Assembly (NCBI GenBank): GCA_964422035.1
Contig: CAYQZQ010000001.1
Span: 185,013 to 249,012 of the forward strand
DNA: 64,000 bases
DNA from: an uncultured Pseudomonadales bacterium
GTDB taxonomy: Bacteria; Patescibacteriota; Microgenomatia; UBA1400; Chazhemtobacteraceae
Direction of reading: 5' to 3'
The number at the start of each line of letters is the position of its first letter. Position 1 is the first letter of the stretch. Of this stretch, positions 47,372 to 56,629 are shown piece after piece. The notes below the pieces were generated by a model that was given only the letters and a program-made list of their open reading frames with translations, did not search any database and was not told where the DNA came from. The position numbers and the translations under genes were made by a program.

Positions 47372-48496
47372 TTATTTTTTGTTAAATTTAAGTATTAAAA
47401 TTTGACGTTCTATTTTGGCGCCTGGACGGGTAAATATCAAGCTTGAATCGATGATATTGTAGCTTAAGCTTGGGTGACTGTCAATGAATTCGTGGGTAGA
47501 AATAGTTTTGTCTTCCATTTTAAAACGAGGAAAGGCTATCACTAATCTGGCTTGGTCTTTTAGAAAACTTTGCCAATCTTTTAGAGCACCCAGATAGAGT
47601 TTTTGCAGACCTTCAGCAATTTGAGGCATGTCATCTTCTTGTGGAGAAACAGGGCCCAGTGAAGGCTCAGTAACTATGACGTCTATTGAATCTTTTATTA
47701 TTTTAGATAGATGAGTGGCATCATGATTGTAAAGTATTGTCGTAGTGAAGGGTTGCTGACAGAAATGATTTTGAGGGAGCCAGTCAAGATTTTGTCTGGT
47801 ACCTGTCATTTTATCTTCTGATATATCACTACCAATAGTGTTGGCTCCTAAGAGAACTGCTTCTGTCAGAATAGTACCTGTACCACAGAATGGGTCCAAC
47901 AGAGTAAGATCTTGGGTGTCTGTGCTGTTTAAACCAAGGTTGACCATTATTCTTGCTAGTTTAGGGGGCAGCATACCTTGTTTGGGGGTAAGAAAGGGCT
48001 TATTGCGATCTCTCTCAATCCAATTATTATAGTCATGCAAGTGGGTGGTGTGAAAAAATTGCTTGGACTCAAGATCAATGGTTATTTCTGTAACACTTTG
48101 TGTTTTTATGATGAGAGGAGACAAAAAAGGGTTGCGTGCTTTTATATATCGTGAGGAAAAGTCGTTTTTGGTTAAGATTTCTTTCACTTCCTTGGCTATT
48201 TGAAAAGCTTTGGTGTTGTTGCTTTGAAGTATATTTATTGAAAAGTTTTTATTACCCACCTTTTGAATGAAATCGGAGATTTGGGAAGTGGGGTTATCAG
48301 AGTCAAGATCTGATACGAATGAGGCTATTTTAACAGTGCCACCCAGCCGACAGTTTAGATCATCTAAGTCGAGCTCATCTTGAGACTCAAAAAGAGCTGT
48401 GGACTCGAATAATTTGTGATCAAAATTAGGCACCAGAGAATCTAGTTCAGCAAGAGAAAGGGGAATGTTTTGACCAAGGAAGAATAAATATTTCAC
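47372..48496 (-). CDS. THUMP-like plus PF01170 (UPF0020/Trm11-RlmL type) SAM-dependent N-methyltransferase
   Basis: LPPKLARIMVNL substrate-helix motif, motif I LDPFCGTGTIL, and a degenerate motif IV VTEPSLG. GTG start at 48494-48496 directly abuts the rplU stop. Confidence 0.55.
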   Translation of the reverse strand: MKYLFFLGQNIPLSLAELDSLVPNFDHKLFESTALFESQDELDLDDLNCRLGGTVKIASFVSDLDSDNPTSQISDFIQKVGNKNFSINILQSNNTKAFQIAKEVKEILTKNDFSSRYIKARNPFLSPLIIKTQSVTEITIDLESKQFFHTTHLHDYNNWIERDRNKPFLTPKQGMLPPKLARIMVNLGLNSTDTQDLTLLDPFCGTGTILTEAVLLGANTIGSDISEDKMTGTRQNLDWLPQNHFCQQPFTTTILYNHDATHLSKIIKDSIDVIVTEPSLGPVSPQEDDMPQIAEGLQKLYLGALKDWQSFLKDQARLVIAFPRFKMEDKTISTHEFIDSHPSLSYNIIDSSLIFTRPGAKIERQILILKFNKK

Positions 48497-48820
48497 TTAT
48501 GTGGAAATTTTGGAGACTTCTAGTTCGGTCTGAGGTTGCCTGTGACCCATTCGACGACGATATCTTGATTTAGCTCTAAATCGGAGAATTTTTATCTTAG
48601 GTCCTCTTTTGAGTTCTTTTACTTTGAAAGTAACAGAGACTCCTTTTACATTAGGAGTACCAATTTTAACTTCATCATCATTTGAATATAAAAGGACATC
48701 CTTTACTGTAAGTTGACCACCTTCTTTGCGGTCTACATGTTTGTCAACGGTAATGGTTGAGCCCGGAGTAACTAAGTACTGGTGTCCTGCGAATTGAATG
48801 ACTGCTTGTTGTTTTGCCAT
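48497..48820 (-). CDS. rplU: 50S ribosomal protein L21
   Basis: MAKQQAVIQFAGHQYLV...; basic C-terminus. The ATG is at 48818-48820. Confidence 0.9.
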   Translation of the reverse strand: MAKQQAVIQFAGHQYLVTPGSTITVDKHVDRKEGGQLTVKDVLLYSNDDEVKIGTPNVKGVSVTFKVKELKRGPKIKILRFRAKSRYRRRMGHRQPQTELEVSKIST

Positions 48821-48860
48821 GAGGCTAATTTTACAAGATTTTAAGTAATAAGGCAAAGAT

Positions 48861-49910
48861 TCAGGTGTTCACCGGACCTCTATAGGCCGAATATACCAAT
48901 CCCAATGAAGCAAATGAGGTAACTAGAGAGCTGCCTCCGTATGATACAAAAGGCAAAGTAATTCCAGTGACCGGCATCAAACCTAAGTTCATACTGATAT
49001 TAATTGCAAACTGAACAAAAATCAACCAGAAAACCCCAAGGACAATCAGTTTTTCAAATTTCTTCAGACGCTCAGCTGCATTCAATAACCAGAATAAAAT
49101 GGCTACAAAAGCTGAAAGCAGCAAAGTAATGCCTACAAAGCCAAATTCTTCTCCAAAAGCTGCGAAGGCAAAGTCTGTGTGTCTTTCAGGTAGAAATTTT
49201 AGTTGTGATTGCGTTCCCTGTCGCACTCCTTTGCCTAAAAACTGGCCCGCACCGATTGCAATGATCGATTGAATAACATTGTAACCACTACCAGAAGGAT
49301 CTGTGTAGGGATTAATAAAACTAAATATACGTAGCTTTTGATAGTCTTGCAGAAACAACCAACCGCTGGGAATTGAAACTAAAATTAATCCTACTAAGGC
49401 CAAAAGTTGTTTTTTACTAGGACCACTGATTAAAAACATACCAAGCCATATCGCAGAAATAATCATAGCAGAGCCCAAGTCAGGTTGAATAAAGACCAAG
49501 AAGACAACGACTGCTAGAATGCCCAGCTGCTTTGCAAGCCACTGAAGGCTTTCTTTTTTGTTAGAGAAAAAGTGAGCAAAGCTAATGATCAACATGGGTT
49601 TGATTATCTCTGAAGTTTGGAGCCGAAATGTGCCTATCTCGATCCAGCGCACTGACCCTCTGGTTATATTGCCTAAAAGTAAAGTGACAAGAAGAAGTAA
49701 AATTGCTCCGACTAAACTGGGGATAGCTAGAATGGGCAGAAATTGAGCAGGAATGCGGGAGATGATTATCATGACAGTTATGCCAATGAAAACAAAAAGT
49801 AGTTGACTTAAAAACAAACTGGGAGTAGTACTCCAAATAGTAGAGAGACCAAAAATCAGAATTAAAATTAGAGGAACAGCCAGTTTTAAGACAAATTCCT
49901 TGTTATTCAT
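48861..49910 (-). CDS. SEDS-family peptidoglycan glycosyltransferase (RodA-like). A second copy is distinct from the FtsW in the dcw cluster.
   Basis: 349 aa with 10 TM helices and SEDS motifs (DLGSAMII, PFVSYGGSSL). Confidence 0.75.
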   Translation of the reverse strand: MNNKEFVLKLAVPLILILIFGLSTIWSTTPSLFLSQLLFVFIGITVMIIISRIPAQFLPILAIPSLVGAILLLLVTLLLGNITRGSVRWIEIGTFRLQTSEIIKPMLIISFAHFFSNKKESLQWLAKQLGILAVVVFLVFIQPDLGSAMIISAIWLGMFLISGPSKKQLLALVGLILVSIPSGWLFLQDYQKLRIFSFINPYTDPSGSGYNVIQSIIAIGAGQFLGKGVRQGTQSQLKFLPERHTDFAFAAFGEEFGFVGITLLLSAFVAILFWLLNAAERLKKFEKLIVLGVFWLIFVQFAINISMNLGLMPVTGITLPFVSYGGSSLVTSFASLGLVYSAYRGPVNT

Positions 49911-49914
49911 TAGT

Positions 49915-52863
49915 TTAGGATTTAATGATCTTTAGCTCATCCCCTTGCTTTATCTCTTTTACTTGAGCTTGTGATTTAATTTCATCTTCAAATTCTTTAG
50001 GCCAATCAGGAAGCTCTATTACGATTTGGGCGTCAAAGTCTGTTTGCGCTTTTTTACGAGCTTTTTGTATTTCACGAATGATTTTTCTTGTTTCACCTTT
50101 TTGTTTTAGTCTTTCTGTGAGTTTGGTATCGAGCTTGACTTTTATTTCACCTGCTTTGCTTATGTTTACTTTTTCGATATTTAGCTCTTCTTTAATTAAT
50201 TGAAGTAGACCATTTTGGTCTTTAAAATGCTCGACAGGACCAAAAACAGATATCTTCGACAGAGGTTGCCTTAAAGGTATGTCTTCTTTTTTTCTGTGGG
50301 CTCTACCCAGCTCAACTATTTCTCTCACAAGTTTCATATCCTCAATTAGTTGCAGCTGCTCTTGATTAAGAGGTTCTGTTTTTGGCCAGTCAGATAGATT
50401 AACGGATTCATAACCTGTCAGGTTTGTGTAGATTTGCTCTGAAACAAATGGCATAAATGGCATAAGTATGCGTGACAGATCGACAAGGACTGAATGCAGG
50501 GTATGATTTGCAGCTTGTTTTTCGGGTGAGTCTTTTACATTGGGTCCAATTTTGCTACGAGAGCGGCGGATGTACCATGTTGAAAGATCTGAAACAAAAG
50601 CTTCGATCGCTTGGCTTGCAGTGAATGCATCAAAGTCATTTAAGCTTTTTTCAGCAATAATTATAGTCTGATCAAGTCTGGTCCTAATCCAATCATCTAA
50701 GGTCGAAGGCTGAATATCGTCTTGAGGTTCCCAGTCTTCAAGAGCGGCATAGTTGGCAAAAAAGCGATATGAGTGCCATAGAATCATTAAAAACTGACGA
50801 CGAATCTCATCAGCTTTCTTGTAACCAAATAGAAGGTTTCTCTGAGGGTTTTGCCTGGCGTATAACCAACGCATAACGTCTACTCCCATTTTGTTTGCCG
50901 CCTCATCAAAGGCTATGGCGTTACCAGCTGACTTGTGCATCTCTTCTCCTTTTTCATCTAAAACTGTTGCGAAGCCTAATACATTCTTAAAAGGATTGGT
51001 GTTTTCAAGAGCGGTGCTCATGGCAATAAGTGAGTAAAACCAGTTTTTAAACTGGCCGGGGAAGGACTCGGTTATATAATCTGCAGGAAACCATTTTTGC
51101 CAGTATTTTTTGTCATCTGTATAACTTAACTGATCTTTGTCTGGATCGGTTAGAGTTGAGAAGGGAACGATACCGGCATCTAGCCAGGGATTGCCCACGT
51201 CTTCGATTCTGGTCATTTGACCACCACAAGAACAAGCGATTTTTACCTGATCTACGTAAGGTTTATGGGGTGTTTTTTCTTCAAATTTTTCCCAACCTTG
51301 CGTGGCTTTTCTTTTTAATTCTTGCTTGCTGCCGATTACCTCAATCTGATCACAGTCATTACATTTCCATATTGGTAAAGAAAGGCCCCAGTAACGATTC
51401 TTTTTTGAGATTAACCAATCACTCATGTTATTTAACCAGTCTAGTTCTCTATCCAGTCCAAACTCCGGTCTCCAGTCAATTTTTTTAGCTACATTGATCA
51501 TCTTTTCTCTCAGGGTGTTAGCGTCGGGATCATTTGGATCTTCTTTGTCCATGGCAATATACCACTCATCAGCTAATTTCCAGATTAATTCTGTCTTACA
51601 GCGCCAACAAGTAGGATAGCGGTGTTTGTATTGGTGAATATTAAATACCCAGTTACTGCCTTTTTGGTCTTCTTCAATCAAATGATCAAGAACAACTTCA
51701 GGATTTTTCTTAGCATTTTTACCAGTTAAGAAACCCAAGCCCTCTTTATAGGTGGCGTCATCGTTGATAACAGGAATTAAGGGGAGGTCTAATTTTTGGC
51801 CTAACTTGTAGTCTTGAGTACCGGCACTCACAGCCGTATGAACCAGACCAGTCCCTTCCTCTGTTGAGATAGGCAATATGCGGGGATCGGTGGCTATGAC
51901 GGTGTGAAACTTGTCTGAACTCTCTTGAACTTTTTTAACAGCTGCCAGATTATCAAAGGGAGCCCGGTACTTTAATCCCACCAATTTTTTACCTTTTTGA
52001 GTCTTGATGATTTTGACATCCTGGTCAAAGATTTCAGCTACCAATTGAGCAGCCAGCCATAGTTGTTTATCTGAATCCGGCTCCTGGACAAGTGTGTATT
52101 CAAGGTTTGGATCAACGGCAACTGAGATATTGGCGGGAATTGTCCAGGGTGTGGTGGTCCAGACTAGTAAGAATTGATTATCTTTGCCTTCTATGGGGAG
52201 GCGAAAGAAGATTGATTTGTGGGTTATATCTTTATAGTTTTCGGTTAAGATTTCGTGTTGAGAGAGAGCTGTCTGGCATCTTGGACACCAAGGGACAGAG
52301 TCTTTACCTTGATATAACCAGCCTTTTTGATGACATGTTTTGAGAAAGTGCCAAATCATGTAGTTGTTTTTTTCTGACATGGTGAAGTAGGAGTTTTCCC
52401 AATCCATTAGGTATCCCAGACGCTTGCTTTGATCGGTCTGGATGTCTGAGTATTTTTTGACTCTGTCTTTACATTTTTGGACAAAGTCAGCTACACCGTA
52501 TTGCTCAATATCTTTTTTGTTTTTAAAGTTTAGCTGCTTTTCTACTTCAACCTCGACCCACAAGCCCTGGCAGTCAAAACCATTTTGAAAACGCTGTTTG
52601 TAGCCTTTCATGTTTTTATAACGCTGCCATAAGTCTTTGTAAGTTCTACCCCAACCGTGGTGAACACCCATAGGGTTATTGGCAGTGATTGGTCCATCCA
52701 AAAAAGAAAATCTTTTTTCAGATTGGTCATTTTTATGCAGATATTTATCGACAACTCCCTCTTGGTACCACTTTTTTAGTATTTTTTTCTCTCGCTTTAC
52801 AAAATCAGGACGGCTGTCAACCGACTGGATTTTATGACCTGACTTAAATTTTGTGTCTGACAT
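49915..52863 (-). CDS. ileS: Isoleucyl-tRNA synthetase
   Basis: Class Ia: GFDCQGLWVE, zinc knuckle VPWCPRCQTAL, editing-domain TTTPWTIPANISVAVDP, and a KMSKS-like MHKSAGNAI. 982 aa. Confidence 0.9.
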   Translation of the reverse strand: MSDTKFKSGHKIQSVDSRPDFVKREKKILKKWYQEGVVDKYLHKNDQSEKRFSFLDGPITANNPMGVHHGWGRTYKDLWQRYKNMKGYKQRFQNGFDCQGLWVEVEVEKQLNFKNKKDIEQYGVADFVQKCKDRVKKYSDIQTDQSKRLGYLMDWENSYFTMSEKNNYMIWHFLKTCHQKGWLYQGKDSVPWCPRCQTALSQHEILTENYKDITHKSIFFRLPIEGKDNQFLLVWTTTPWTIPANISVAVDPNLEYTLVQEPDSDKQLWLAAQLVAEIFDQDVKIIKTQKGKKLVGLKYRAPFDNLAAVKKVQESSDKFHTVIATDPRILPISTEEGTGLVHTAVSAGTQDYKLGQKLDLPLIPVINDDATYKEGLGFLTGKNAKKNPEVVLDHLIEEDQKGSNWVFNIHQYKHRYPTCWRCKTELIWKLADEWYIAMDKEDPNDPDANTLREKMINVAKKIDWRPEFGLDRELDWLNNMSDWLISKKNRYWGLSLPIWKCNDCDQIEVIGSKQELKRKATQGWEKFEEKTPHKPYVDQVKIACSCGGQMTRIEDVGNPWLDAGIVPFSTLTDPDKDQLSYTDDKKYWQKWFPADYITESFPGQFKNWFYSLIAMSTALENTNPFKNVLGFATVLDEKGEEMHKSAGNAIAFDEAANKMGVDVMRWLYARQNPQRNLLFGYKKADEIRRQFLMILWHSYRFFANYAALEDWEPQDDIQPSTLDDWIRTRLDQTIIIAEKSLNDFDAFTASQAIEAFVSDLSTWYIRRSRSKIGPNVKDSPEKQAANHTLHSVLVDLSRILMPFMPFVSEQIYTNLTGYESVNLSDWPKTEPLNQEQLQLIEDMKLVREIVELGRAHRKKEDIPLRQPLSKISVFGPVEHFKDQNGLLQLIKEELNIEKVNISKAGEIKVKLDTKLTERLKQKGETRKIIREIQKARKKAQTDFDAQIVIELPDWPKEFEDEIKSQAQVKEIKQGDELKIIKS

Positions 52864-53055
52864 AGTTTAAGGATAACAAATTAAAAAAAGCACACCACTC
52901 TGGTGTGCTAGATCCCGTTGGAGGGAGGTACCATCTAACTATTTACTTATTTTACCGCTATGACGGGCTTACCCGGAGAGGTCTACTAGTTATTAAAACT
53001 TTCTTCTCTCAACTTCGCTTAGTGATAGCCAAGCTCAGATGTTTTTTAAGCTAGT
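52864..53055 (-). ncRNA. Candidate T-box leader (Ile specifier) / transcription attenuator for ileS
   Basis: Minus-strand transcript contains AGUUAGA-UGGUACC-UCCC...GGGA-UCUAG (T-box-like 7-nt bulge UGGNACC with N=U), an upstream loop GGCUAUCACU carrying AUC-A, and terminator AGCACACCA-GAG-UGGUGUGCU plus U7 ending 19 nt before the AUG. Confidence 0.4.
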
Positions 53056-53058
53056 TTG

Positions 53059-53087
53059 ATTATACAAAAAGAACTGTAAGAGAGCAA
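53059..53087 (-). promoter_or_regulatory. Putative promoter for the ileS leader (TTGCTC-N17-TGTATAAT, extended -10)
   Basis: Read on the minus strand. -10 TATAAT at 53059-53064 with an upstream TG; -35-like TTGCTC at 53082-53087. Confidence 0.4.
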
Positions 53088-53101
53088 AAACTAACTTGTG
53101 T

Positions 53102-54331
53102 TTATTTTTTTCTCAAAAACGCGGGAATGTCAAGCTCTGACTCTACCTGAACTTCTGAGTGCTTGTATTTATCGTCTAGGTCCTGAGGTGACTTGTCTTT
53201 GCTTTCTTGCTGTTTATCTTTTGGCTTAGACTTTTTATCTTCTTCAGTGGGCTTTTGCTTATCTTGAGGAGGAGAGGTTTTAGTATCTTGATCTTTTTTA
53301 TCAGGTACATTAAGTTTTTGAGTGGAGAAGGAGGACTGGGAGCGATTAACAAAACCTTGGAGACGTCGACGGGATTCATCAAAGCCGGTAGCGATTACAG
53401 AAATCTTCATATCTCCTTTTTTAAGACTTTCATCGATGTTGGCCCCAAAGATTATATTAGCATCGGCATCGGCGGCTTCAGCAATTATCTGAGCTGCGTT
53501 ATTTACCTCAGTCATAGTAAGATCTGGTCCACCAGTAATATTGAAAAGTATGCCTCTGGCTCCCTCGATTGAAGTTTCTAAAAGTGGAGAGCTGGTGGCA
53601 TCTCTGGCCGCTTCTTGAGCCCTGTTTTCGCCAGATCCGGTACCAGTACCCATCAAGGCTGAACCAGCGTTGTACATAATAGTTCTTACATCTGCAAAGT
53701 CAACGTTAATTAGTCCTGGAACGGTAATTAGATCTGATATGGCTTGGACGCCTTTGGATAGAACTGAGTCGACAATTGAAAAAGCTTCCAGCATGGAAAC
53801 ATCCTTATCAATGATCTCCATAACCTTTTGGTTGGGAATAACAATTAAAGTATCAACCTTATCTTTTAATTGTTCTATCCCCTCTTCTGCTTGTACCATG
53901 CGGCGGGTGCCTTCAAAGACGAATGGTTTGGTTACAACAGCGACGGTTAGAGCTCCTACTTCTCTGGATATTTCAGCAATGATGGGGGCGGCTCCGGTTC
54001 CAGTGCCTCCACCCATACCAGCGGTAATAAAAGTCATGTCTGTATCCACCAAAAGATCTCTTATCTTGTCTCGTGATTCTTCAGCAGCAGAATTGCCAAT
54101 TTCGGGGTCACCACCAGAGCCTAGACCCTGGGTAAGCTCTTCACCAATTTGAAGCTTGGTTTCAGCGTTGTTGCTGAGCATGGCCTGGAGGTCGGTATTT
54201 ACAGCGATAAACTCAACTCCCTTGATATTTCCTTCTCTAATCATGGTATTGACGGCATTACCACCACCACCACCAATACCAAGAACTTTGATCTTGGCGA
54301 ATGAGTTAATGTCTGGTTTAACTAAACCCAT
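53102..54331 (-). CDS. ftsZ: Cell division GTPase FtsZ
   Basis: GIGGGGGNAVNTM and the tubulin signature; disordered C-terminal tail. Confidence 0.95.
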   Translation of the reverse strand: MGLVKPDINSFAKIKVLGIGGGGGNAVNTMIREGNIKGVEFIAVNTDLQAMLSNNAETKLQIGEELTQGLGSGGDPEIGNSAAEESRDKIRDLLVDTDMTFITAGMGGGTGTGAAPIIAEISREVGALTVAVVTKPFVFEGTRRMVQAEEGIEQLKDKVDTLIVIPNQKVMEIIDKDVSMLEAFSIVDSVLSKGVQAISDLITVPGLINVDFADVRTIMYNAGSALMGTGTGSGENRAQEAARDATSSPLLETSIEGARGILFNITGGPDLTMTEVNNAAQIIAEAADADANIIFGANIDESLKKGDMKISVIATGFDESRRRLQGFVNRSQSSFSTQKLNVPDKKDQDTKTSPPQDKQKPTEEDKKSKPKDKQQESKDKSPQDLDDKYKHSEVQVESELDIPAFLRKK

Positions 54332-54397
54332 GAGTATTTAAGTAATTGTTGGAGTGATAGTAACAGATTATAGATTTTTTACAAGGAGACTGGTTGT

Positions 54398-55693
54398 CTA
54401 TGGCAGCAGTGATTTTAACCAAGCAAACACTTTATTAAAAGATCCCTTTCCGGGCAGTTTTTTGAAAAATTGACCAAAGTCAGGTGAGATACCACCACCG
54501 GCTGAAGTTTCTTGGGTGGCGCCATAGAGAATCAAGCCTGAAACTGAGGAGTAGGCTGGAGTTTTTATTTCATCGACGAGACCAGACAGACCACTGGGCT
54601 CTCCAATGCGGGCAGGCAACCGGAGAGTGTTTTTGCAACTTTTAAGAACACCTGTTGTTTGAGCACCTCCTCCGGTAATGACAACTCCAGCCGGAGTAGA
54701 ACCAGCAAAACCTGATTTTTCAAGCTCTTGGCCTACAAAATCAAATATTTCGTTTAGACGAGGTCTGATTATCCCCTCTTCGAGAGTTTTCCTTGAGGCG
54801 GTTTTAATGTCTTCGGCAATACCTAGTCTAGATAGATTGATTTCATCTTGAGATCTGGGGGGGGTGTCTTCATGTGGAGTAGCTGTGCGAGGACGAGTTT
54901 TAAGTTCAGTTAAGTGTTTTTTTATCTTTTCTGCTGATTCTAAACTGACCCTTAAGCCAATGGCTAAGTCATTGGTGATGTTTTTGGCTCCAATGGGCAA
55001 AACAGATGAATATGATAAAGCACTGTCGGCGAAAACAGTGATTGAGGTTGTTCCCCCGCCAAGATCTACCAAAACTACACCTAATTCTTTTTCGGTTTCT
55101 GACAGAACTGCCTGAGAAGAAGCCAGGCCTGAGAAAACTAGATCTTCTATATCAATACCCAGGTCTTCTACACATTTAACAAGATTGCGTATCACGGCGG
55201 TGGAACCGGTAATCAAATGAGCTTCTGTCTCCAAACGGACGCCTGTCATCCCCAACGGATCGCGGATATCACCTTGAGAGTCAACTATAAATTCCCTGGG
55301 GATAACGTGAAGAATTTCTCTTGATGAAGGCAAGGATACGGCGCGGGCAGCTTCGATAACTCTGAAGATATCATCTTGAATGATTTCACCTTCCGGATTA
55401 CCAACAGCGACAACTCCTTTTGAGTTTTGTGATTGAACATGTTCACCGCCTACAGCAATAAAAGCAGAGCTGATGGGATAACCAGCCATTCTTTCTGCAG
55501 CTTCGACTGATTCTGTTATAGAAGCTATGGCTGCTTCAATATCAACTACTTGGCTTTTTTTGATTCCCCTACTGGAAACAGAGGAGACTCCGACAACATT
55601 TAAACGGTCACTTTCTTGGGAAGTTGCTGCAATGACTGTGGCTATTTTACTGGAGCCTATATCGACGGCAGCGGTTAATTTTGGGCGAGGCAT
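54398..55693 (-). CDS. ftsA: Cell division protein FtsA
   Basis: Actin-fold with AAVDIGSSKIATVIA, GGGTTSITVF and VITGGGAQTTG. Confidence 0.9.
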   Translation of the reverse strand: MPRPKLTAAVDIGSSKIATVIAATSQESDRLNVVGVSSVSSRGIKKSQVVDIEAAIASITESVEAAERMAGYPISSAFIAVGGEHVQSQNSKGVVAVGNPEGEIIQDDIFRVIEAARAVSLPSSREILHVIPREFIVDSQGDIRDPLGMTGVRLETEAHLITGSTAVIRNLVKCVEDLGIDIEDLVFSGLASSQAVLSETEKELGVVLVDLGGGTTSITVFADSALSYSSVLPIGAKNITNDLAIGLRVSLESAEKIKKHLTELKTRPRTATPHEDTPPRSQDEINLSRLGIAEDIKTASRKTLEEGIIRPRLNEIFDFVGQELEKSGFAGSTPAGVVITGGGAQTTGVLKSCKNTLRLPARIGEPSGLSGLVDEIKTPAYSSVSGLILYGATQETSAGGGISPDFGQFFKKLPGKGSFNKVFAWLKSLLP

Positions 55694-55720
55694 ATTAAAA
55701 TTTGAACCTTTGTAGATTAT

Positions 55721-56629
55721 TTAGTAATCAGATACGACTGGTTGATTGAACCTTAGATCTATTATAACCCGATTAAGATTGATTGTAGACTGGGAACGGA
55801 TTTGTTGTAAAGTGGCGACTATCTGTCCGGGCTGATCATTGAGTGGCAGTTTGGTGTAAAGACTCGGAGTTATGAAAAGAACAGTATGATCATCAAATAA
55901 CCAAAACACTTTGGGGGTAATACCACTTAAGATAAGTTCCTGATAAAGACGATAGAATGACTTAAGCAGAGTATGATCCGAAGTACTTGAAAGTAAGTAA
56001 GCTTTTGGTTTGTCTGACTCTGAAGCAGCAATAAGACTGCCGGTTGAGGTTAATATCTTAACTTGAGGTTGAGCAGACTGTATTGCCTGCCTTTGCTTGA
56101 TGACTTGAGGAGTAGATGCAGGAGAAGGTGTAGCTGAGGAAGTGGCTTGAGCTGAGACAGTCGAGTTTGGACTGTCTGTTGAAACTTGAGTGGGAGTAGC
56201 AGTGGCGGTGGCGGTGGGAGGAGGAGTGGAAGAGTGGTAACTGATTATGCCTATAGGCAGGGTGTTTTCTTGAGAGTGTAGTTTGACTTGCAGATGATTG
56301 GGAAACTTGGATATTACTTGTGCAGAAGCTAGAAGTTGGTCTTGATTTAATAATTTCTCTTCTATCTTGGTGGGCTTTAGTAAAAGCAGATGACTAGATT
56401 TGTATTGATTGAGTGTTTGCAGGTGAATATCTTGACATGCTTTTTGATCTAACTGGCAAGATATGGTGTCGATTTTTAGAAAATCAGAGAATGACAACCA
56501 AGCAACAAAGACCAGTATCAATATGATGATAAAAATCTTCAGGGTAAGTTTTAGGTTCTGGCGAAGTTTTCTTTTTCTTGCTTTGGGAGGAAGCTTGCGT
56601 CTGCGTCTTTTATTTTTCCGTTTTCTCAT
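55721..56629 (-). CDS. ftsQ: FtsQ/DivIB-like cell division protein with low-complexity Thr/Ala/Pro linker
   Basis: Basic N-terminus, single TM, POTRA-like region, and a TPPPTATATATPT linker. Sits in the dcw position between murG and ftsA. Confidence 0.55.
   Translation of the reverse strand: MRKRKNKRRRRKLPPKARKRKLRQNLKLTLKIFIIILILVFVAWLSFSDFLKIDTISCQLDQKACQDIHLQTLNQYKSSHLLLLKPTKIEEKLLNQDQLLASAQVISKFPNHLQVKLHSQENTLPIGIISYHSSTPPPTATATATPTQVSTDSPNSTVSAQATSSATPSPASTPQVIKQRQAIQSAQPQVKILTSTGSLIAASESDKPKAYLLSSTSDHTLLKSFYRLYQELILSGITPKVFWLFDDHTVLFITPSLYTKLPLNDQPGQIVATLQQIRSQSTINLNRVIIDLRFNQPVVSDY

Noticed and set aside
53176-54341. Several 60-160-aa ORFs on both strands inside ftsZ
   Set aside because: They are antisense or alternate-frame within the FtsZ gene and have low-complexity Pro/Ser/Gly-rich products.
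55950-56250. Low-complexity GGAGGAGTGGAAGAG / ACAGCC repeats as a possible repeat element
   Set aside because: It lies within the ftsQ-like ORF and encodes a Thr/Ala/Pro/Ser linker (TPPPTATATATPT). It is a coding low-complexity region, not a non-coding repeat.
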